Part shown: positions 37,499 through 48,705 of the stretch, one piece after another
How the letters are laid out: each line of letters starts with the position of its first letter
Numbering within the stretch: position 1 is the stretch's first letter
From: Lingula anatina
Taxonomy: Eukaryota; Animalia; Brachiopoda
Direction of reading: 5' to 3'
DNA: 64,000 nucleotides
NCBI GenBank assembly: GCA_051362555.1
Contig: CM120642.1
Span: 26,412,001 to 26,476,000 of the forward strand
Translations under genes and position numbers: made by a program
The notes under the pieces: model-generated
What the model was told of the DNA's origin: nothing
The model's input: only the letters and a program-made list of their open reading frames with translations
Database searches by the model: none

Positions 37499-37958
37499 AG
37501 CGTTCATATCTATCGAGCTTCATATATATGGAGAGAGAGGGTGGGGGTGGATGGGAATGGGGGGAGTGCGTGTTCCGGTTTTCTTGAAAGAATGCGCACA
37601 ATATATATATATCAGTTTGGTAGAGCTTTCTCTGAAGTGATTGCTGAGAAAAAGAGGACCAACAGCCTAAAATTGGAATCACACACGTATTTACTAGTTG
37701 TAAAAACAGCTTTAATTGACTGGCCATATGAACGGGTAAAAGAAGCAGACTTACCTCAAACCATGTTATTTCTGAATTAAATGTAGCAAGAAGGTCCCAT
37801 TTAAATGCAGCAGTTTTAGAGCTCCAAGTTATCTCAAAACTGTAAGTATCTTGAAGTTTAGTCAGTCGAGAATGTGTATATTTCCCGAAATCACAAGTTC
37901 CTACAGAAGGGTGTGTGTAACAGGAAAGGAAAATAACAGTTATAAAAACTCGAATCAT
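35373..37958 (-). CDS. Secreted CBM2-like + VWC-like Cys-rich protein, paralogue B (222 aa, 4 exons)
   Basis: Exons 37755-37958, 36685-36892, 35945-36056, 35373-35517 (669 nt). Exons 2-4 have the same lengths (208/112/145) and phases as paralogue A. Signal peptide MIRVFITVIFLSCYTHPSVG. Confidence 0.82.
37450..37495. repeat. (TA)n microsatellite
   Basis: Directly visible, intron 1 of paralogue B. Confidence 0.95.
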
Positions 37959-39319
37959 GGTGCACTTAAAAGACAATGGTCGTAAATTTTTGATGAACGA
38001 AGGCTATATCTTTATCCGTTCTGCACAAAATATGTCCCCAATCTCATATGATCACGTTAGCTAATTTTAACAATAACTTGATAGTTATTTATATCCAATT
38101 ATATCTGTCATATTTAGTGGTTAACAATTTGAGTGTGGCTAAGCGCGTCGTCGTCATTTGCCTATTTTCTCCTCACTATCAGATTTTGATGATAAATATA
38201 TTATTTATAGTACGCGAACGATATAAATTGTCCTGTTTTAGTTTAGAAACTTATTTGTAGATCACTGAACAAATCAGTCGAACGTACTGTATAAAGAATG
38301 TCCCAATAAAAAAAACTATGGAACCTCTGCTGCAAAGTTGTCACAATATAATTGTCATGTAACTAAGAATTTTGACCCGTGGCTTCACATATACTCTACT
38401 GCAGTGAGATACTAAAAATGGCGTGCCCTTTACCAGGGTCAAAGATTGATATTTTACTAAATATTCACATATTTGCCTCTGGCTAATTCATGACACAATT
38501 TTCTATTGTGAGAGAGGAAAGTGTATATAATTAATCTGCTGCCCTGATAAAGGGTAAAACCGGTGCATTCTGTAGCTAGAAGCATTGTAAAGAGCTTCGT
38601 GGTAGCTGCAAACCTGTTGCTGCAGCTTACAGGAATTGTCTTGCGAGCAATATTGTTCTATTGCTTCGTGTGCAACCCCAAACTAAAACTGCACAATCTG
38701 CAGCCGAGAATTGTAGGTAGTGTTGTTATGTCCAGGACCATAACGTCTTATCATGGTGTTTATTGTCCGTTGTGATAAACCAGACATATTTGGTTAGATT
38801 CATTGAATAATCTCTGCATTTCGCTCATTGGTGGTTTTCTACCAAGTCACTAATATATAATATTAGTACATGCAATTTGATTATGTGCTCAATGGCACTG
38901 TTTACTGTGGATAACAACGGCAGTTTTTCTCACCTCTTACTGGTAGCTTATCGGTGATTTTTGAATAACCCATCTTTTGCCATATTGATAATGTGTTTAT
39001 TCTCAGGCACTTTACAGATATATGAAAAACTTAAACTGAAAATGAAAACTGTAAGTCATATAAGTGTAATCAATCACAGTCTGATAGCAAAACTTCGCCC
39101 CTTTCTGCATTTAAGAAAAGAATGTTAGAAAACGTTTAAAATCAGTTTAAGCAGAATTTAGCTCCAATACATTAAGGTCTTTACTCAGCTTTGTCTTAGG
39201 AACTGACATAGCTTTGCTTAGCTTTTCATTTTAAAACACAGCAAAACGCCAGCCTGCCCGCCTCGATTTTTCTCGCATTTCACTCTCTACTAAGTACACA
39301 GGTAAGAAACAATGGTTTA

Positions 39320-39505
39320 CATCGATGTAAAAGTGTCAAAGTAAGTAGTAACATATTTGTATTTTGCACAACTAAAGATCTAGGTGATGACACAGATGTA
39401 CATCTCTTTTTCTTTGGATAGGTAAAAATCTTTGTAGATCAATGAACATGTTTCTGAACCATCCACTTTGGGCAAGAACATTCCAAATATAATAATTCAA
39501 ATCAC
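39320..39505 (-). pseudogene. Dead copy of paralogue A's ATG exon (psi-1a) upstream of paralogue B's ATG exon
   Basis: Translates VI*IIIFGMFLPKVDGSETCSLIYKDFYLSKEKEMYICVIT*I versus MLRIVLLWMLLLNSYSAERCSMIYKDFHLSKEKETYNCAVTWI. ATG->GTG, CGA->TGA and TGG->TAG; the upstream flank GTTATTGTCTTG is also shared. Confidence 0.85.
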
Positions 39506-40020
39506 CGTTGCCGCAAGTAGTGGAGAGTACCTATAGTTATTGTCTTGTAGCATAGAATTCTGGCACATGGCTTCACTTATTCAAGAGTGGTAGAAAAGTA
39601 TAACAGTGGGCCCCGCACCTAAAGACATTTTGGATAAGTGCAAGACCGCTGCAAACCTTTCGCGGTAGCTTACAGTATTGCCTTGCAACCAGTATGACCT
39701 ATAGCACTTTATGTCTCCTTGATCTAAGCTGATGTAAGAAATAGGATCTGTCATTTAAAAGAATGGAACAAACTCAAGTGTGATGTTCGAAAATTGACCG
39801 ATGATGGCCACTTTTATTGGAAGTCCCATTAATAAAAAGCAATAAAGCATATTAATGATAAACATTGACTAATGTTGATAAATGATATAAACATTATGTG
39901 TGCGCCAGAAGTATCTACATTTAAAATATAATACCAAACAAATAGTGCACACATTTCAAATTGTGGGGTTGCAAAGAGGCCAACCGTAAGCAAAATAAAA
40001 CGGTGCATTCTGCAGCCGGC

Positions 40021-40818
40021 AGCGTTGGCGGTAAACTTATATGATACGACAATGAACACAATGTTTTTATCATTGCCTACCTTGCAAACACGGTTAATGT
40101 GTATCGGTATTTATGGTCCATTATGATAACCCCAACATTTTTGATTACGCCTGAATTTAAATCGTTATACCGATTTGTAGCTTTCTATGCAGTCGGTGTT
40201 ATACCTGTACTCTCTTGCACTGTCAAATACCATATGTTCATATTTGTTTAAATGCGCGTTAACGTTATAATGCTGGGAGCCTTTTATGTGCCTTCATCAT
40301 TTTTATAACCCCACCGTAGGCGAACTACTATTTTAGATTGGGGGAAGTGAGCAAATATTGCTCAGTTAGGGTATGTAGCTGAGATTGGCAATGAATAACA
40401 AATCAGTACTCATCTCAGGTAGAAGCGTTGGCGGTAAACTTATACGATACGTCATTGAACACAATGTCTTTACATACCCCGCAAACACGGTTAATGTATA
40501 TCGGTGTTTATGGTCAATTATTATAACCCCGACATTCTTGATAACGCCTGAATTTAAATCGTTATACTGATTTGTAGCTTTCTATGCAGTCGGTGTTATA
40601 CCTGTACTCTCTTGCACTGTCAAATACCATATGTTCATATTTGTTTAAATGTGCGATAACGTTATAATGCTGGAAGCCTTTTATGTGCCTTCATCATTTT
40701 TATAACCCCACCGTAGGCGAACTACTATTTTAGATTGGGGGAAGGGAGCAAATATTGCTCAGTTAGGGTATGTAGCAGAGTTTATATGAATAACAAATCA
40801 GTACGCATCTCAGGTAGA
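40021..40818. repeat. Direct tandem duplication, 2 x ~400 bp (40021-40423, 40424-40818)
   Basis: Both units start AGCGTTGGCGGTAAACTTATA and end CATCTCAGGTAGA; long stretches are identical. Confidence 0.93.
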
Positions 40819-43800
40819 TTGCGGTCTATTGTGATGCGTATTACAGCACAGCGTCCTAAACACCACTCTCTTTCCGTACAATAAAAGTCTTATTTTGAAA
40901 TAAAATGATATTGCAATGGTTAGTTTATGAGCTCTTTCCATCACAATCATTAGCCTGGGTATTTTCAACACACATAAGGCCGCCTAAGTGTCCAAGAATT
41001 TTTAAATAGTTGGCAACCTTCACTGGTGCAACAGTACTGCACTGATTCACAGCCGATTTCTTATCACGTAATCATACTTACAATAAGCAAAATGTACAGA
41101 AACTCAATTCAAACTTTTATTATATATTTACGCTCTCAAAACCCGCTTTCACTTAACTTCTGCATAATAAACTACCTCTTATTTTTAACACAGAAAACCA
41201 TATATCATCCAATTTTAAAACGGTCGAGTTAGCTGAGTGGAAATTCCAATAATACTGACACAAAAGATTTGGTTTGATACTTATAGCAACCAACAAAATG
41301 CTATCATTTTATTTTATAAAGGACATTATCGGTATTTGTTCCCTTTTTGGTAATGATTTGCTTAAATATTGACTCTAGTTCAAGCCTTTATACTGCTTTA
41401 GTAGTAACACAAACATCTGAACTCTAAACCATGCGGTAGAGGATTTAAAAAGGTAAGAGACAAAAAATGCTTTTCTTTAAACGGGTTTTTTAAGCAACGT
41501 TTTGGGTCTTGTACACTTAGCGTTGGGCATTAAAGCATCGAAAGCGAAATTCGGCCCTCTTTTTCGTTACCTTTCACGTATATATTATCAACTTTAGTCA
41601 TTGCGTAAAAAAAGAAAAAGGAAAAAAAAAAAACGGTACTGAAATGCATTTCAAGAACGTTTCCATCTCTCTTCACATTCATCAGCCAAGCACTACCTCA
41701 AATTTAGCTGTATTTAAAAATAACAAATGAAGTTAAAATGTTTAAGACATGACACAATGACGTAATTTAAATAAAAAAGTCGTTAAAAGCGCTCGATATG
41801 GTGGCAAAAGTCACCTTTTCTGGTATACGACCTCTAAATTTGGTGCTTTTAAAAAACAACTTATGAAGGTGCAATGTTTTAAACGTGTCACAATTCATTT
41901 TAGTGTAAACAATCACAATAAGCGCTTGATTTACTGGCTAAAGTTACTTTTTCTGGTATTTTTAGAAAAAGAATCGAAAATGCGCAACATTTACTATTAA
42001 TGATTACAATATCATCACTAGAAAAAGGAGAAAAAAACTAAAATGAATGTAATATTTCACATATTCTCGTGTCAACCGTATAATAGCCACACGCACATTT
42101 TAGAAACAAATTCAATGAATTTTACCTGAATCATGGATTTTCAAAAAAAAGAAAAAATATTGCTGTTCTTTCGCATCAAGAATATATTCAGTTAAAATTG
42201 GATTGCCGTTTACCCTTTTTTATTTGAACACAATGTAAATATTCCGTTTCTATCAAATGATAAAAATTATGAACTCGCTTAATGTTACACCACGGAAGAA
42301 TCTGTAATAATAATAATAATAATAGTTATTATTAAAATAATAGTTATTATTATTATTATTATTATTACTGCTGTTCTCTACACCTTACTATATTGTTAAC
42401 CTTTATTTTTAAATAGTAACATAATTATAGGGAAATGTACGTTTGCAGAATGTGTAATGTAACAATCATATTATATAACAATGCACCAGGTAATAAATAC
42501 ATAAGCACCAGTGCAGAAATGAATTTAGATGATTTGAACTGAAGTAAAATAACTTTTTTGCAGATAGTCGTTGTACATCGTAGTGTCTAATCCGTTTGGT
42601 AATCTTCAATTGAAATAGGGTGTTAATTATTGGGTCAATTGTTTGCGTTAGAGACAAAGAGTTTGTGGTTACTCTACGTTTTGAAACACGTAAACTTAAA
42701 AACCCAGGAAGTAAATCGAGGTAACCTAGCTAGTGCATGGTAGCCATTATTTTTACGTCTCTCTCTCTCTCTCTCTCTTTCTCCTTTGCCCTTTTTATAT
42801 GTGGTTGCAAAGTTAGCACCTCCATTGTCGTTGATGTCACAGATATGAGATATATGCATGTAGATATGATAATTAGATATGAGATATATACCAGCGCCAA
42901 TATAGTAATTAGCACGCAAAGTGAGGCAGCGATTCGGGTCGATTGTAAACAAACTGTTTTGAAAATACGCCGGTATTAACTAATTGAATGCTACTTGTTA
43001 TGATTATATGTTTTACCTTATACGCATTTTTAAACCAAAATACTCATAGCATGACTTGCTAATTTTCTGGCCTCCTTTGATCATCGTGGATCCAATTATT
43101 TGCATGCAGTGTTAGCGTGATCAATTACAAGTTCGATTTTCACTTGATTTCACACTATTTCAAGAAAAAAAGTTGGTTCATTCAATCCGTTTGTACTAAG
43201 TCAAAGGGCCTATTTTCAGAGCATATTTTTTATTTTTGATTATCCACCTTTCTCTTTAATCATATGTTTACATCTGCAAAAACATTGGCATTTGTACGAT
43301 ATAAATGTAGCCTAATGATTCATAACGACCAATTGATTGAAGCTTCAATGATCATAATATGTGATATGAAAGGATGTATTGGGGCTAGGCGCTGTACACG
43401 CACCATTCACTTGTCATTGATTACGCATTCCAACATTAGGGCCTACATTCCAAAGTACAACCCTCTTATCTAAGGTTAACCATGGTTCAGGCTGGTTCGT
43501 TGGAGGCATTGTGTCGAAGTTCAGTTTTACTAAATTATACTTTTTAGCTACTTCAATAAAAAAACTGCCTTAACGTTTAAACCTGGATCTACAAGATCAA
43601 CAATAAGAAATGGGCCCTTTTAAGCTGCTGCGCATTTAAACACCGGTTTCTGACTGATAAATGATTAGCGCCTTCTTTTTTGTGCTAAGGCTCTGTCCGC
43701 CATTTTATTGAGGTCAATCGGGTGCAAGTTTGTTGACATGCGCGTTTAAAAATAGAACGCATTAAATGCGCCCCACATTGTGCGGTATCGTGCATATAGA

Positions 43801-44497
43801 ATGCAATGTATTTTAAAAGAGCGATATACATGTATATGCAACTGGCTATGCATAAGTGCAAGCAAAAGTGAAACTTTTCTCTGACATTCTACAATTCTAC
43901 GTTGCTTTTATCTAAATGAAATTGAGGTGCGAATGATAGCCCTGCCCACAAGACTCGTATTTTTTAAAAGAAATATGACTTTGAAATGATCTGTGAGTAC
44001 CATTTTTTGCTGTGATTTGATGCTGTTTATTCCATATTCTTTATTCTATTTGCTGCTGAAATCAATGAACAGAGGGTCTTGACTTTTTAGTCTTTACACA
44101 GATACTAGTATGTATATATTCATAGAGTTATGAAACGTATAAATTAAGTTCAGTTTTGAGGATTCCAAGTGCCTTTTCATAATTTCTTTTGTTTTATACC
44201 TGTTCATATATGTATTTTACTATGATAAGTTATGAGATCAGCAGATGTTGTCTGATGTGGAATTTTGCCTCTAGGTAGTGCGCGCTTTTAGATGTTGCAT
44301 GTCGAGTTTGATTTAATCATTTCTATCTTTCACACACGCACTATACTATTCACACATTCATTCTTCGCTTCTTTAAATCACGATATACATTGCACTTAGA
44401 AGGATATATATATATAAATATTCGTATCTTAAAACAAAACACAAAAACAATTCTAAAGGTGAACAACTAAACACAAAAAAGGATATGTACATTCTTG

Positions 44498-44532
<35 letters not shown>

Positions 44533-47500
44533 AGAAAAAAATTTCTGGATTAGGTTTGTACCATACTTTTGTTACGGCTCTACTCCAATCTGCCATTAGC
44601 ATCCATGGTGCAGAGAAAATTATTAAGCAGACACCTTTTAATGGGCTCCGTTGATGGCTGTCATATAACATGGGTATCACACTGACGATCATTGTTTATT
44701 TATTGCCCATGTACTAGGAATATATTCAACATCGCAGGTCAAAAGTATTTTATTGATAGCCTTTAATCATTTACTACTGGTATTACTTTTGACAGCCAGC
44801 CCCGAAGAGTGCACAGTTTTTGGTTACACTCCATTACTGAATGTCACGGGTTTGAATATCTTAAATGCTACCATGTACTGCGTCGCCGAGCAAGGATGCG
44901 ATTTCTGGCTTCACTGTGTTTCACTGTGTTTGAAATCAATCTCTGGTGTATTGCTTCAAAAAGAAGTTTCCTTTTGAATGAGATCTCTTTCAGAAGTAAC
45001 CGCACTTCTTTCGACTTCAGCCTGTAACTGACAGATTTAACGAATGACCCCTCTGAAATAGTTCTCTTAATTATATTCATGTTCAATTTCTGTTTCTGGC
45101 ATTCTTTGAAGCCCAAAAAGTTTCATGAAATAAAAAAATTAAGTCATGCTAACATTTTGTCTCATGCTCTTTCAGAAAAAAATATGAAAGAAAAAAATCA
45201 CCAGTACCTTGAGCGTTTCTAACAAATGCAAGAAAGCATATAAGCTTCTTAACAAACATTTTCATTCTCGTTCTGTGCGGTCATTGGAGTCAACCGATGT
45301 GTTTGTTTCATATCTATCGATAGCAATAAATATGAAACATATATAAATAATGTTTTAAAGGCAATATAGCCATGAATGCAGGGTGTTGCCATGTATATGT
45401 CTGTATTGAAAATGGTAAAGCCGACCTGGTTTATAAAGGACAGGAGAAAAGGTAATAGGAACCTGATAACATGATACTATAAACAATTAATACTGAACAA
45501 GTATTACCGAAAATGTGTTGAGCAGACCCTTGCCGCGGCAACTGATGCTACGAATACAAAGCAATGTATATGCATGACAGAATGCTTAAGATCTAAAATT
45601 GACAATTCATAATGACACCAGGAGTTCATGAGGAGTATACATGTATAATGGTTTTCGAAACGATCATTATCATGCGCTGTTTTTCAAATTGTAGCTCCCG
45701 TGTCAATTGGTGTATACAGGAAACGGGTATCTATTTATGAAATATACCATCACCTATTAGTGACGACTCAGCAATCTCTCAAGCTTGTAAAGAGGCATTT
45801 TGTTTTATTGAGCGACAATGTATTCCTTTCGTTTGCGTTTAAATGCAATGGTAAGCATGTCATTCCTATCTGATTACTGAAAGGTTCAACGAACACTTGA
45901 ACGTACAGTATATTAATTCAATCACTGAAAAACAAATGAATTGTTGATGAATCGTTTCAAACATTTAACTTGAAGACTTACCAGTATTTTGGTTAAATTA
46001 GCAATTAATAACATGTTTATATTTAAGTACTATTTATTGAAATGTATTTAATCAATATAATGCATGCTGACTGTTATCCTCGAACAAAGTTTCGCGCAAA
46101 GTATTACAAGAATTTTCAAATGTGACTATCTATCAGTCTCGACGGTTTGAATACAAGCATAGATAGAATGACTGGGCTGTATTATGCAACCATAGCTAGA
46201 CATTGAGTTACCGCAGCGTCCAACGTATCAGCTCTTCGGTAGACAAACAAAGCCCGCCATTACGCGTACTTGATTCTGTTGTTACGTTTGTTTCTACTTA
46301 ATTTCACTGCCAGTTTGTTTCCTGACTAAAACAAATTCTAGATTAACATAACTTTTGAAAAATTTCCTTCACAATTGTCTCACCCAGTAACAGCTGTATT
46401 GGGTTATCGCGTTATACAAAGCATATAGCCAGTCATGTACCAGACAGTCTCCAAAGACAGAGAATCCGGTTCTACGTTATTTCTACATTCGAGTCCCTTC
46501 CTGCATCACGCTTCTCCTAACTTTTACGAATCTAATGGAGGGCGGATTCTCTGTTGCACGTACCCTGCACCAGTTAATTTAAACGGTAGACCTTGGGCAA
46601 GAAATAAAGCACAGAGAATTTTCCTGGCAGTAACAACGTATATTTTGTCTTTACCTGCCATTATTTTGTCGAGTTTCATCGAATTTCAAATTAAAGGAAT
46701 ACAAACTCAATACACTGCACACGTTTTACGCATTTTATTTTTGCTTGGATTAAGTCGAGTGAGCAGTTGCAGGAATTCTTTGCAATTGTCAATCATAGGT
46801 CATGCTTTCTTTGGATAAAACGTGTGTAATATACCTTTGAGGTGTTATCTTCTTCATATATTCTAAAAATTTTTTTTGATGATTTACGCCAAAAAAAAAA
46901 AAAAAAAAAAAAAAAAAGAAAATTTAACAATTTTCTAATGCAATTGACTGGACAGTCCTAGAACGCATGGATACGGATTGCATAAATGAGAAGGGATCGT
47001 GTCCCATGTACTCGTAAACGCTTAACGGCATGGTTGTGACTGTTTGGAATGTGACATCTATAAACTATACACATAAATATATACATGTATTCAGTCGTTA
47101 CCATAGACACCGATCTCGTAGAAATCATAAAAGATTCAGTGACGCAATGTGCTAGCCTAAGAGCAGTGCAACATTCCACTTCTGAGGATGACCTAACACC
47201 GACTAATAGGATTCAGGGAGGTGTCTCGCATCCCGGAAGACGACACGACTCCCTGAAAATGTGACCTACATAATATTCAGTTCATCACAAATACGTTGAA
47301 TACAGTGTGTAGGTTACATCTCTGTGCTCGGAGTAGCCTTCACATAATTGTTAGATTTTTTTTGACATGATGGCCGATTTACTCCCGCTGATTTAAGTCA
47401 CATTTAATGGTCTATTAACTGGAGTCTCGGGACAAAGAACACTGACTCAGCTAAATGCTCACTGTGTATATTTTCAATGAGGCATTCTATAAAAAATTTT

Positions 47501-48629
47501 GCATCGATTGTTAAATGTATATTAGTATATGTAACTTAATTGGTATATGTAGCGTTCAATAATGCATATCGCAACCGTGTTGAATTTACGTTTAACCAAC
47601 ATTTCTGTAACAGTACGTCATTCAGTTCTGTATAAAGTGGGCAACTATATAAGGAAAGGTCGCACTAAAGTGCAATCCTGGTACCTACAGAATGGCTAAA
47701 GACGTTTATTTGATTAAATTACTTTAATATGCCATGCAAGCAGTGAATCATTTGAACATGTGCTGGAACTGATAAATATGTGCCACCCGTGCCACATGCA
47801 TGTATGTGATTGACAAATGTCAGTTCTGTCTAGGACTTTAGACGCGCTGAAATGACATCTGCCATTAATGTTTGTGTACTTACCCTGCATGTGCAGTTTA
47901 TTTGTAATTTCAATAGGCCAACAACTCACACAACATAATCAAGCCGTCTACTTATTGAAAGCGACAAATAAAAGGGACGTTTTGCTTGAATATCCTGTCG
48001 GCTAGATATACGGGACATGCTGCGTGAGCAAGGTACTATATATAGGCCTAATAACAGAGATCTGGAACATATCCTTCCTAATTGCCCTATGGCAACCAAT
48101 TAAAAAGATAACACACATTACACGGGATATGGGGACACAGAAGACAACAAAAGTTGTATCACTTTCAAATAAGATATTGATAAAAGGCTGAGGTTTCTGG
48201 TCATTTTGCTCCTGGTGGCAACCAAACATGTTTTTAGATTGCACGGGAGATACACAATTAATCAACGTTTATAAAATTAGCCTTGTTGGTTTTCAGACCG
48301 GTCTCTGTTTCTTTAATTGATTTATTTGCATCGCGGGCCTGACCTAGTTAAAAATAATACTGCAATGTAAATGTTTATAGTTAAGCAGCTTGGTAAGCGA
48401 CATGGGCATATATGGAAATTGCTTTACAGAATGATTGTTTACACAAAATATTTTGCAGGGGTGGAAGGCAGGTGCGAGAAGAGCTGGTCACCTTACCCTA
48501 GCAACATGATTTTGTGCATAGTAACGAAGGTTATATGCAGCTTTCAAGTGTCGCAAGGAACATTACTTCCGTCTACTAGCCTTGTCATCGATCCGAGTCG
48601 ATGTAAACAAACACATGAATAAAGTTAAA

Positions 48630-48705
48630 GGAAAAGCGCGCGAAAGTCTTCGTGGGAGGTTCAGTCACTTCGCGCATGCGTACCGCGAAGATTTTAAACA
48701 TGGCG
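48630..48705 (+). promoter_or_regulatory. CpG-rich promoter/5'UTR of the EHMT gene with an NRF1-like GCGCATGCG and a YY1/Kozak-type AACATGGCG
   Basis: CGCGCATGCG at 48671-48680, and AAACATGGCGG at the start codon followed by an AGG|gtgagt donor. Confidence 0.6.

Noticed and set aside
37368-37754. Extension of the 202 aa ORF 37368-37976
   Set aside because: Beyond the GAG|gtaag donor at 37755 it is intron and runs through a (TA)n repeat.
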